Origin: Eledone cirrhosa
Lineage: Eukaryota
Length of the DNA stretch: 64,000 nucleotides
Direction of reading: 5' to 3'
NCBI GenBank assembly: GCA_964016885.1
Contig: OZ024742.1
Span: 347,386,001-347,450,000 of the forward strand
In this document: positions 49,901-64,000 of the stretch, piece by piece
Layout of the letters: each line of letters begins with the position of its first letter
How positions within the stretch are numbered: position 1 is the first letter of the stretch
Notes under the pieces: generated by a model
Told to the model about the DNA's origin: nothing
Databases searched by the model: none
The model's input: only the letters and a program-made list of their open reading frames with translations
Program-made: the position numbers and the translations under genes

Positions 49901-52900
49901 ATCTCTATAACACAGTCTTCTCTCACCCCATCACATCTCTATAACACAGTCTTCTCTCACCCCATCACATCTATATAACACAGTCTTCTTTCATCCCATC
50001 ACATCTCTATATCACAGTCTTCTCTCACCCCATCACATCTCTATATCACAGTCTTCTCTCACCCCATCACATCTCTATATTAGTCTTCTCTCATCCCATC
50101 ACATCTCTATAACACAGTCTTCTCTCACCCCATCACATCTCTATAACACAGTCTTCTCTCATCCCATCACATCTCTATAACAAAGTCTTCTCTCACCTCA
50201 TCACATCTCTATAAAAGTCTTCTCTCACCTCATCACATCTCTATAAAAGTCTTCTTTCACCCCATCATATCTCTATATCACAGTCTTCTCTCACCCCATC
50301 ACATCTCTTCTATATCAGTCTTCTCTCACCCCATCACATCTCTATATCACAGTCTTCTCTCATCCAATCACATCTCTATATCAGTCTTCTCTCACCCCAT
50401 CACATCTCTATATCAGTCTTCTCTCACCCCATCACATCTCTATATCAGTCTTCTCTCACCCCATCACATCTCTATATCACAGTCTTCTCTCACCCCATCA
50501 CATCTCTATAACACAGTCTTCTCTCATCCCATCTCATCTCTATATCAGTCTTCTGTCACCCCATCACATCTCTATATCACAGTCTTCTCTCACCCCATCA
50601 CATCTCTATATCAGTCTTCTCTCACCCCATCACATCTCTATATCACAGTCTTCTCTCATCCCATCACATCTCTATATCACAGTCTTCTCTCACCTCATCA
50701 CATCTCTATAAAAGTCTTCTCTCACCCCATCACATCTCTATATCAGTCTTCTCTCACCCCATCACATCTCTATATCACAGTCTTCTCTCACCCCATCACA
50801 TCTCTATAACACAGTCTTCTCTCATCCCATCTCATCTCTATATCAGTCTTCTCTCACCCCATCACATATCTATATCACAGTCTTCTCTCATCCCATCTCA
50901 TCTCTATAAAACAGTCTTCTCTCACCCCATCACATCTCTATATCACAGTCTTCTCTCACCCCATCACATCTCTATATCAGTCTTCTTTCACCCCATCACA
51001 TCTCTATAACACAGTCTTCTCTCATCCCATCTCATCTCTATATCAGTCTTCTCTCACCCCATCACATCTCTATATCACAGTCTTCTCTCACCCCATCACA
51101 TCTCTATAACACAGTCTTCTCTCATCCCATCTCATCTCTATATCAGTCTTCTCTCACCCCATCACATATCTATATCACAGTCTTCTCTCATCCCATCTCA
51201 TCTCTATAAAACAGTCTTCTCTCACCCCATCACATCTCTATATCACAGTCTTCTCTCACCCCATCACATCTCTATATCAGTCTTCTCTCACCCCATCACA
51301 TCTCTATATCACAGTCTTCTCTCATCCCATCACATCTCTATATCACAGTCTTCTCTCACCTCATCACATATCTATATCACAGTCTTCTCTCATCCCATCT
51401 CATCTCTATATCAGTCTTCTCTCACCCCACCACATCTCTATATCACAGTCTTCTCTCACCCCATCACATCTCTATGTAAGTCTTCTCTCATCCCTTCACA
51501 TCTCTATAACACAGTCTTCTCTCACCTCATCACATCTCTATATCACAGTCTTCTCTCACTCCATCACATCTCTATATTAGTCTTCTCTCACCCCATCACA
51601 TCTCTATATCACAGTCTTCTCTCACCCCATCACATCTCTATATCACATTCTTCTCTCACCTCATCACATCTCTATAACACAGTCTTCTCTCACCCCATCA
51701 CATCTCTATAACACAGTCTTCTTTCATCCCATCACATCTCTATATCACAGTCTTCTCTCACCCCATCACATCTCTATATCACAGTCTTCTCTCATCCCAT
51801 CTCATCTCTATATCAGTCTTCTCTCACCCCATCATATCTCTATATCACAGTCTTCTCTCACCCCATCACCTCTCTATAATACAGTCTTCTCTCACCCCAT
51901 CATATCTCTATAACACAGTCTTCTCTCATCCCATCACATCTCTATAACACAGACTTCTCTCACCTCATCACATCTCTATATCACAGTGTTCTCTCACCCC
52001 ATCACATTTCTATAACACAGACTTCTCTCACCTCATCACATCTCTATATCACAGTCTTCTGTCACCCCATAACATCTCTATATCACAGTCTTCTCTCACT
52101 CCATCACATCTCTATAACACAGTATTCTCTCACCTCATCACATCTCTATATCACAGTCTTCTCTCACCCCATCACATCTCCATATCACAGTCTTCTCTCA
52201 CTCCATCACATCTCTATGTAAGTCTTCTCTCACCCCATCACATCTCTATAACACAGACTTCTCTCACCCCATCACATCTATATAACACAGTCTTCTTTCA
52301 TCCCATCACATCTCTATATCACAGTCTTCTCTCACCCCATCACATCTCTATATCACAGTCTTCTCTCATCCCATCTCATCTCTGTATCAGTCTTCTCTCA
52401 CCCCATCACATCTCTATAACACAGTCTTCTCTCACCCCATCACATCTCTATATCACAGTCTTCTCTCACCCCATCACATCTCTATATCACAGTCTTCTCT
52501 CATCCCATCTCATCTCTATATCAGTCTTCTCTCATCCCATCACATCTCTATAACACAGTCTTCTCTCACCCCATCACATCTCTATATCACAGTCTTCTCT
52601 CACCCCATCACATCTCTATATCACAGTCTTCTCTCAGCCCATCACATCTCTATATCACAGTCTTCTCTCACCTCATCACATCTCTATAACACAGTCTTCT
52701 CTCACTCCATCACATCTCTATAACACATTCTTCTCTCACCCCATCACATCTATATAACACAGTCTTCTTTCATCCCATCACATCTCTATATCACAGTCTT
52801 CTCTCATCCCATCTCATCTCTATATCAGTCTTCTCTCACCCCATCACATCTCTATATCACAGTCTTCTCTCACCCCATCACATCTCTATATCAGTCTTCT

Positions 52901-55900
52901 CTCATCCCATCACATCTCTATAAAACAGTCTTCGCTCACCCCATCACATCTCTATATCACAGTCTTCTCTCACCCCATCACATCTCTATATCAGTCTTCT
53001 CTCATCCCATCACATCTCTATAACACAGTGTTCTCTCATCCCATCTCATCTCTATATCAGTCTTCTCTCACCCCATCACATCTCTATATCACAGTGTTCT
53101 CTCATCCCATCTCATCTCTATATCAGTCTTCTCTCACCCCATCACATATCTATATCACAGTCTTCTCTCATCCCATCTCATCTCTATAAAACAGTCTTCT
53201 CTCACCCCATCACATCTCTATATCACAGTCTTCTCTCACCCCATCACATCTCTATATCAGTCTTCTCTCACCCCATCACATCTCTATATCACAGTCTTCT
53301 CTCATCCCATCACCTCTCTATAACAGTCTTCTCTCACCCCATCACATCTCTATATCACAGTCTTCTCTCATCCCATCACATCTCTATATCACAGTCTTCT
53401 CTCACCCCATCACATCTCTATATCAGTCTTCTCTCACCCCATCACATCTCTATATCACAGTCTTCTCTCATCCCATCACCTCTCTATAACAGTCTTCTCT
53501 CACCCCATCACATCTCTATATCACAGTCTTCTCTCATCCCATCACATCTCCATATCACAGTCGTCTCTCACCCCATCACATCTCTATGTAAGTCTTCTCT
53601 CGTCCAATCACATCTCTATAACACAGTCTTCTCTCACCTCATCACATCTCTATATCACAGTCTTCTCTCACTCCATCACATCTCTATATTAGTCTTCTCT
53701 CACCCCATCACATCTCTATATCACAGTCTTCTCTCACCCCATCACATCTCTATATCACAGTCTTCTCTCACCTCATCACATCTCTATAACACAGTCTTCT
53801 CTCACCCCATCACATCTCTATAACACAGTCTTCTTTCACCCCATCACATCTATATAACACAGTCTTCTTTCATCCCATCACATCTCTATATCACAGTCTT
53901 CTCTCACCCCATCACATCTCTATATCACAGTCTTCTCTCACCCCATCACATCTCTATATTAGTCTTCTCTCATCCCATCACATCTCTATAACACAGTCTT
54001 CTCTCACCCCATCACATCTCTATAACACAGTCTTCTCTCATCCCATCACATCTCTATAACAAAGTCTTCTCTCACCTCATCACATCTCTATAAAAGTCTT
54101 CTCTCACCTCATCACATCTCTATAAAAGTCTTCTTTCACCCCATCATATCTCTATATCACAGTCTTCTCTCACCCCATCACATCTCTTCTATATCAGTCT
54201 TCTCTCACCCCATCACATCTCTATATCACAGTCTTCTCTCATCCAATCACATCTCTATATCAGTCTTCTCTCACCCCATCACATCTCTATATCAGTCTTC
54301 TCTCACCCCATCACATCTCTATATCAGTCTTCTCTCACCCCATCACATCTCTATATCACAGTCTTCTCTCACCCCATCACATCTCTATAACACAGTCTTC
54401 TCTCATCCCATCTCATCTCTATATCAGTCTTCTGTCACCCCATCACATCTCTATATCACAGTCTTCTCTCACCCCATCACATCTCTATATCAGTCTTCTC
54501 TCACCCCATCACATCTCTATATCACAGTCTTCTCTCATCCCATCACATCTCTATATCACAGTCTTCTCTCACCTCATCACATCTCTATAAAAGTCTTCTC
54601 TCACCCCATCACATCTCTATATCAGTCTTCTCTCACCCCATCACATCTCTATATCACAGTCTTCTCTCACCCCATCACATCTCTATAACACAGTCTTCTC
54701 TCATCCCATCTCATCTCTATATCAGTCTTCTCTCACCCCATCACATATCTATATCACAGTCTTCTCTGATCCCATCTCATCTCTATAAAACAGTCTTCTC
54801 TCACCCCATCACATCTCTATATCACAGTCTTCTCTCACCCCATCACATCTCTATATCAGTCTTCTTTCACCCCATCACATCTCTATAACACAGTCTTCTC
54901 TCATCCCATCTCATCTCTATATCAGTCTTCTCTCACCCCATCACATCTCTATATCACAGTCTTCTCTCACCCCATCACATCTCTATAACACAGTCTTCTC
55001 TCATCCCATCTCATCTCTATATCAGTCTTCTCTCACCCCATCACATATCTATATCACAGTCTTCTCTCATCCCATCTCATCTCTATAAAACAGTCTTCTC
55101 TCACCCCATCACATCTCTATATCACAGTCTTCTCTCACCCCATCACATCTCTATATCAGTCTTCTCTCACCCCATCACATCTCTATATCACAGTCTTCTC
55201 TCATCCCATCACATCTCTATATCACAGTCTTCTCTCACCTCATCACATATCTATATCACAGTCTTCTCTCATCCCATCTCATCTCTATATCAGTCTTCTC
55301 TCACCCCACCACATCTCTATATCACAGTCTTCTCTCACCCCATCACATCTCTATGTAAGTCTTCTCTCATCCCTTCACATCTCTATAACACAGTCTTCTC
55401 TCACCTCATCACATCTCTATATCACAGTCTTCTCTCACTCCATCACATCTCTATATTAGTCTTCTCTCACCCCATCACATCTCTATATCACAGTCTTCTC
55501 TCACCCCATCACATCTCTATATCACATTCTTCTCTCACCTCATCACATCTCTATAACACAGTCTTCTCTCACCCCATCACATCTCTATAACACAGTCTTC
55601 TTTCATCCCATCACATCTCTATATCACAGTCTTCTCTCACCCCATCACATCTCTATATCACAGTCTTCTCTCATCCCATCTCATCTCTATATCAGTCTTC
55701 TCTCACCCCATCATATCTCTATATCACAGTCTTCTCTCACCCCATCACCTCTCTATAATACAGTCTTCTCTCACCCCATCATATCTCTATAACACAGTCT
55801 TCTCTCATCCCATCACATCTCTATAACACAGACTTCTCTCACCTCATCACATCTCTATATCACAGTGTTCTCTCACCCCATCACATTTCTATAACACAGA

Positions 55901-58900
55901 CTTCTCTCACCTCATCACATCTCTATATCACAGTCTTCTGTCACCCCATAACATCTCTATATCACAGTCTTCTCTCACTCCATCACATCTCTATAACACA
56001 GTATTCTCTCACCTCATCACATCTCTATATCACAGTCTTCTCTCACCCCATCACATCTCCATATCACAGTCTTCTCTCACTCCATCACATCTCTATGTAA
56101 GTCTTCTCTCACCCCATCACATCTCTATAACACAGACTTCTCTCACCTCATCACATCTCTATATCAGTTTTCTGTCACCCCATAACATCACTATATCACA
56201 GTCTTCTCTCACTCCATCACATCTCTATAACACAGTCTTCTCTCACCTCATCACATCTCTATAACACAGTCTTCTCTCACCCCATCACATCTCTATATCA
56301 CAGTCTTCTCTCACCCCATAACATCTCTATATCACAGTCTTCTCTCACTCCATCACATCTCTATATCAGTTTTCTCTCACCCCATCACATCTATATATCA
56401 CAGTCTTCTCTCATCCCATCTCATCTCTATATCAGTCATCTCTCACCCCATCACATCTCTATATCAGTCTGCTCTCATCCCATCACATCTCTATAAAACA
56501 GTCTTCGCTCACCCCATCACATCTCTATATCACAGTCTTCACTCACCCCATCACATCTCAATATCAGTCTTCACTCATCCCATCACATCTCTATATCACA
56601 GTCTTCTCTCACCCCATCACATCTTTATAACACAGTCTTCTCTCATCCCATCTCATCTCTATATCAGTCTTCTCTCACCCCATCACATCTCTATATCACA
56701 GTGTTCTCTCATCCCATCTCATCTCTATATCAGTCATCTCTCACCCCATCACATCTCTATATCAGTCTTCTCTCATCCCATCACATCTCTATAAAACAGT
56801 CTTCGCTCACCCCATCACATCTCTATAACACAGTCTTCTCTCATCCCATCTCATCTCTATATCAGTCTTCTGTCACCCCATCACATCTCTATATCACAGT
56901 CTTCTCTCACCCCATCACATCTCTATATCAGTCTTCTCTCACCCCATCACATCTCTATATCACAGTCTTCTCTCATCCCATCACATCTCTATATCACAGT
57001 CTTCTCTCACCTCATCACATCTCTATAAAAGTCTTCTCTCACCCCATCACATCTCTATATCAGTCTTCTCTCACCCCATCACATCTCTATATCACAGTCT
57101 TCTCTCACCCCATCACATCTCTATAACACAGTCTTCTCTCATCCCATCTCATCTCTATATCAGTCTTCTCTCACCCCATCACATATCTATATCACAGTCT
57201 TCTCTGATCCCATCTCATCTCTATAAAACAGTCTTCTCTCACCCCATCACATCTCTATATCACAGTCTTCTCTCACCCCATCACATCTCTATATCAGTCT
57301 TCTTTCACCCCATCACATCTCTATAACACAGTCTTCTCTCATCCCATCTCATCTCTATATCAGTCTTCTCTCACCCCATCACATCTCTATATCACAGTCT
57401 TCTCTCACCCCATCACATCTCTATAACACAGTCTTCTCTCATCCCATCTCATCTCTATATCAGTCTTCTCTCACCCCATCACATATCTATATCACAGTCT
57501 TCTCTCATCCCATCTCATCTCTATAAAACAGTCTTCTCTCACCCCATCACATCTCTATATCACAGTCTTCTCTCACCCCATCACATCTCTATATCAGTCT
57601 TCTCTCACCCCATCACATCTCTATATCACAGTCTTCTCTCATCCCATCACATCTCTATATCACAGTCTTCTCTCACCTCATCACATATCTATATCACAGT
57701 CTTCTCTCATCCCATCTCATCTCTATATCAGTCTTCTCTCACCCCACCACATCTCTATATCACAGTCTTCTCTCACCCCATCACATCTCTATGTAAGTCT
57801 TCTCTCATCCCTTCACATCTCTATAACACAGTCTTCTCTCACCTCATCACATCTCTATATCACAGTCTTCTCTCACTCCATCACATCTCTATATTAGTCT
57901 TCTCTCACCCCATCACATCTCTATATCACAGTCTTCTCTCACCCCATCACATCTCTATATCACATTCTTCTCTCACCTCATCACATCTCTATAACACAGT
58001 CTTCTCTCACCCCATCACATCTCTATAACACAGTCTTCTTTCATCCCATCACATCTCTATATCACAGTCTTCTCTCACCCCATCACATCTCTATATCACA
58101 GTCTTCTCTCATCCCATCTCATCTCTATATCAGTCTTCTCTCACCCCATCATATCTCTATATCACAGTCTTCTCTCACCCCATCACCTCTCTATAATACA
58201 GTCTTCTCTCACCCCATCATATCTCTATAACACAGTCTTCTCTCATCCCATCACATCTCTATAACACAGACTTCTCTCACCTCATCACATCTCTATATCA
58301 CAGTGTTCTCTCACCCCATCACATTTCTATAACACAGACTTCTCTCACCTCATCACATCTCTATATCACAGTCTTCTGTCACCCCATAACATCTCTATAT
58401 CACAGTCTTCTCTCACTCCATCACATCTCTATAACACAGTATTCTCTCACCTCATCACATCTCTATATCACAGTCTTCTCTCACCCCATCACATCTCCAT
58501 ATCACAGTCTTCTCTCACTCCATCACATCTCTATGTAAGTCTTCTCTCACCCCATCACATCTCTATAACACAGACTTCTCTCACCTCATCACATCTCTAT
58601 ATCAGTTTTCTGTCACCCCATAACATCACTATATCACAGTCTTCTCTCACTCCATCACATCTCTATAACACAGTCTTCTCTCACCTCATCACATCTCTAT
58701 AACACAGTCTTCTCTCACCCCATCACATCTCTATATCACAGTCTTCTCTCACCCCATAACATCTCTATATCACAGTCTTCTCTCACTCCATCACATCTCT
58801 ATATCAGTTTTCTCTCACCCCATCACATCTATATATCACAGTCTTCTCTCATCCCATCTCATCTCTATATCAGTCATCTCTCACCCCATCACATCTCTAT

Positions 58901-61900
58901 ATCAGTCTGCTCTCATCCCATCACATCTCTATAAAACAGTCTTCGCTCACCCCATCACATCTCTATATCACAGTCTTCACTCACCCCATCACATCTCAAT
59001 ATCAGTCTTCACTCATCCCATCACATCTCTATATCACAGTCTTCTCTCACCCCATCACATCTTTATAACACAGTCTTCTCTCATCCCATCTCATCTCTAT
59101 ATCAGTCTTCTCTCACCCCATCACATCTCTATATCACAGTGTTCTCTCATCCCATCTCATCTCTATATCAGTCATCTCTCACCCCATCACATCTCTATAT
59201 CAGTCTTCTCTCATCCCATCACATCTCTATAAAACAGTCTTCGCTCACCCCATCACATCTCTATATCACAGTCTTCACTCACCCCATCACATCTCAATAT
59301 CAGTCTTCTCTCATCCCATCACATCTCTATATCACAGACTTCTCTCACCCCATCACATCTCTATAACACAGTCTTCTCTCATCCCATCTCATCTCTATAT
59401 CAGTCTTCTCTCACCCCATTACATCTCTATATCACAGTGTTCTCTCATCCCATCTCATCTCTATATCAGTCTTCTCTCACCCCATCACATCTCTATATCA
59501 CAGTCTTCTCTCACCCCATCACATCTCCATATCACAGTCTTCTCTCACCCCATCACATCTCTATATCACAGTCTTCTCTCATCCCATCACATCTCTATAA
59601 CAGTCTTCTCTCACCCCATCACATCTCTATATCATAGTCTTCTCTCATCCCATCACATGTCTATATCACAGTCTTCTCTCATCCCATCTCATCTCTATAT
59701 CAGTCTTCTCTCACCCCATCACATCTCTATATCACAGTCTTCTCTCATCCCATCACATCTCCATATCACAGTCTTCTCTCACCCCATCACATCTCTATGT
59801 AAGTCTTCTCTCATCCCATCACATCTCTATAACACAGTCTTCTCTCACCTCATCACATCTCTATATCACAGTCTTCTCTCACTCCATCACATCTCTATAT
59901 TAGTCTTCTCTCACCCCATCACATCTCTATATCACAGTCTTCTCTCACCCCATCACATCTCTATATCACAGTCTTCTCTCACCTCATCACATCTCTATAA
60001 CACAGTCTTCTCTCACCCCATCACATCTCTATAACACAGTCTTCTCTCACCCCATCACATCTCTATATCACAGTCTTCTCTCACCCCATCACATCTCTAT
60101 ATCACAGTCTTCTCTCACCCCCACCACATCTCTATATCACAGTCTTCTCTCACCTCATCACATCAATATAACACAGTCTTCTCTCACCCCATCACATCTC
60201 TATAACACAGTCTTCTCTCACCCCATCACATCTATATAACACAGTCTTCTTTCATCCCATCACATCTCTATATCACAGTCCTCTCTCACCCCATCACATC
60301 TCTATATCACAGTCTTCTCTCATCCAATCTCATCTCTATATCAGTCTTCTCTCACCCCATCACATCTCTATAACACAGTCTTCTCTCACCCCATCACATC
60401 TCTATATCACAGTCTTCTCTCACCTCATCACATCTCTATTACACAGTCTTCTCTCACCCCATCACATCTCTATAACACAGTCTTCTCTCACCCCATCACA
60501 TCTATATAACACAGTCTTCTTTCATCCCATCACATCTCTATATCACAGTCTTCTCTCACCCCATCACATCTCTATATCACAGTCTTCTCTCATCCCATCT
60601 CATCTCTGTATCAGTCTTCTCTCACCCCATCACATCTCTATAACACAGTCTTCTCTCACCCCATCACATCTCTATATCACAGTCTTCTCTCACCCCATCA
60701 CATCTCTATATCACAGTCTTCTCTCATCCCATCTCATCTCTATATCAGTCTTCTCTCACCCCATCACATCTCTATAACACAGTCTTCTCTCACCCCATCA
60801 CATCTCTATATCACAGTCTTCTCTCACCCCATCACATCTCTATATCAGTCTTCTCTCATCCCATCACATCTCTATAAAACAGTCTTCGCTCACCCCATCA
60901 CATCTCTATATCACAGTCTTCTCTCACCCCATCACATCTCTATATCAGTCTTCTCTCATCCCATCACATCTCTATATCACAGTCTTCTCTCACCCCATCA
61001 CATCTCTATATCAGTCTTCTCTCACCCCATCACATATCTATATCACAGTCTTCTCTCATCCCATCTCATCTCTATAAAACAGTCTTCTCTCACCCCATCA
61101 CATCTCTATATCACAGTCTTCTCTCACCCCATCACATCTCTATATCAGTCTTCTCTCACCCCATCACATCTCTATATCACAGTCTTCTCTCATCCCATCA
61201 CCTCTCTATAACAGTCTTCTCTCACCCCATCACATCTCTATATCACAGTCTTCTCTCATCCCATCACATCTCTATATCACAGTCTTCTCTAATCCCATCT
61301 CATCTCTATATCAGTCTTCTCTCACCCCATCACATCTCTATATCACAGTCTTCTCTCATCCCATCACATCTCCATATCACAGTCGTCTCTCACCCCATCA
61401 CATCTCTATGTAAGTCTTCTCTCGTCCCATCACATCTCTATAACACAGTCTACTCTCACCTCATCACATCTCTATATCACAGTCTTCTCTCACTCCATCA
61501 CATCTCTATATTAGTCTTCTCTCACCCCATCACATCTCTATATCACAGTCTTCTCTCACCCCATCACATCTCTATATCACAGTCTTCTCTCACCTCATCA
61601 CATCTCTATAACACAGTCTTCTCTCACCCCATCACATCTCTATAACACAGTCTTCTCTCACCCCATCACATCTATATAACACAGTCTTCTTTCATCCCAT
61701 CACATCTCTATATCACAGTCTTCTCTCACCCCATCACATCTCTATATCACAGTCTTCTCTCATCCCATCACATCTCCATATCACAGTCGTCTCTCACCCC
61801 ATCACATCTCTATGTAAGTCTTCTCTCGTCCAATCACATCTCTATAACACAGTCTTCTCTCACATCATTACATCTCTATATCACAGTCTTCTCTCACTCC

Positions 61901-64000
61901 ATCACATCTCTATATTAGTCTTCTCTCACCCCATCACATCTCTATATCACAGTCTTCTCTCACCCCATCACATCTCTATATCACAGTCTTCTCTCACCTC
62001 ATCACATCTCTATAACACAGTCTTCTCTCACCCCATCACATCTCTATAACACAGTCTTCTCTCACCCCATCACATCTATATAACACAGTCTTCTTTCATC
62101 CCATCACATCTCTATATCACAGTCTTCTCTCACCCCATCACATCTCTATATCACAGTCTTCTCTCATCCCATCTCATCTCTATATCAGTCTTCTCTCATC
62201 CCATCACATCTCTATAACACAGTCTTCTCTCACCCCATCACATCTCTATAACACAGTCTTCTCTCATCCCATCACATCTCTATAACAAAGTCTTCTCTCA
62301 CCTCATCACATGTCTATAAAAGTCTTCTCTCACCTCATCACATCTCTATAAAAGTCTTCTCTCACCCCATCATATCTCTATATCACAGTCTTCTCTCACC
62401 CCATCACATCTCTTCTATATCAGTCTTCTCTCACCCCATCACATCTCTATATCAAAGTCTTCTCTCATCCAATCACATCTCTATATCAGTCTTCTCTCAC
62501 CCCATCACATCTCTATATCAGTCTTCTCTCACCCCATCACATCTCTATATCAGTCTTCTCTCACCCCATCTCATCTCTATATCACAGTCTTCTCTCACCC
62601 CATCACATCTCTATAACACAGTCTTCTCTCATCCCATCTCATCTCTATATCAGTCTTCTCTCACCCCATCACATCTCTATATCACAGTCTTCTCTCATCC
62701 CATCACATCTCTATATCACAGTCTTCTCTCACCTCATCACATCTCTATAAAAGTCTTCTCTCATCCCATCACATCTCTATATCAGTCTTCTCTCACCCCA
62801 TCACATCTCTATATCACAGTCTTCTCTCACCCCATCACATCTCTATAACACAGTCTTCTCTCATCCCATCTCATCTCTATATCAGTCTTCTCTCACCCCA
62901 TCACATATCTATATCACAGTCTTCTCTCATCCCATCTCATCTCTATAAAACAGTCTTCTCTCACCCCATCACATCTCTATATCACAGTCTTCTCTCACCC
63001 CATCACATCTCTATATCAGTCTTCTATCACCCCATCACATCTCTATAACACAGTCTTCTCTCATCCCATCTCATCTCTATATCAGTCTTCTCTCACCCCA
63101 TCACATCTCTATATCACAGTCTTCTCTCACCCCATCACATCTCTATAACACAGTCTTCTCTCATCCCATCTCATCTCTATATCAGTCTTCTCTCACCCCA
63201 TCACATATCTATATCACAGTCTTCTCTCATCCCATCTCATCTCTATAAAACAGTCTTCTCTCACCCCATCACATCTCTATATCACAGTCTTCTCTCACCC
63301 CATCACATCTCTATATCAGTCTTCTCTCACCCCATCACATCTCTATATCACAGTCTTCTCTCATCCCATCACATCTCTATATCACAGTCTTCTCTCACCT
63401 CATCACATATCTATATCACAGTCTTCTCTCATCCCATCTCATCTCTATATCAGTCTTCTCTCACCCCACCACATCTCTATATCACAGTCTTCTCTCACCC
63501 CATCACATCTCTATGTAAGTCTTCTCTCATCCCTTCACATCTCTATAACACAGTCTTCTCTCACCTCATCACATCTCTATATCACAGTCTTCTCTCACTC
63601 CATCACATCTATATATTAGTCTTCTCTCACCCCATCACATCTCTATATCACAGTCTTCTCTCACCCCATCACATCTCTATATCACATTCTTCTCTCACCT
63701 CATCACATCTCTATAACACAGTCTTCTCTCACCCCATCACATCTCTATAACACAGTCTTCTTTCATCCCATCACATCTCTATATCACAGTCTTCTCTCAC
63801 CCCATCACATCTCTATATCACAGTCTTCTCTCATCCCATCTCATCTCTATATCAGTCTTCTCTCACCCCATCATATCTCTATATCACAGTCTTCTCTCAC
63901 CCCATCACCTCTCTATAATACAGTCTTCTCTCACCCCATCATATCTCTATAACACAGTCTTCTCTCATCCCATCACATCTCTATAACACAGACTTCTCTC
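25960..64000. repeat. Giant tandem satellite 2, 34-bp monomer AGTCTTCTCTCACCCCATCACATCTCTATATCAC with a frequent 32-bp variant, over 1100 copies, truncated by window end
   Basis: Directly visible for 38 kb with no unique insertion seen; recurring variant blocks indicate higher-order duplications. Confidence 0.99.

Noticed and set aside
25808-60034. Ser/His-rich ORFs (SHPITSLYHSLLSPHHISISQSSLTPSHLY) in satellite 2
   Set aside because: The 34/32-bp monomers cycle through frames and stop frequently; these are repeat translations.

Overview
Eukaryotic, animal-like genomic DNA; the dispersed repeats resemble those I associate with octopus/cephalopod genomes (inference only). A short unique island (about 17.2-26.0 kb) lies between two giant tandem arrays that both run off the window: a GGT-rich 45/48/51-bp satellite (1-17202) and a 34/32-bp CT-rich satellite (25960-64000). 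The island carries six phase-compatible GT-AG coding exons of a minus-strand VPS33B-like (Sec1/Munc18 family) gene. Neither the first nor the later exons are visible, so both satellites appear to sit inside introns of this gene. The small introns contain tRNA-derived SINEs, hAT- and piggyBac-type MITEs, CRE- and RTE-type LINE remnants, a 194-bp-arm inverted repeat, several small tandem arrays and degenerate hammerhead-like motifs. The very long ORFs in the supplied track are translations of satellite DNA. Top observations: satellite-filled giant introns in a trafficking gene; a frame-preserving satellite whose gene-sense strand reads as an open Thr-rich repeat in phase with the last visible exon; repeated splice-signal-like motifs in both satellites; and a probable RTE-LINE origin of the 34-bp satellite.
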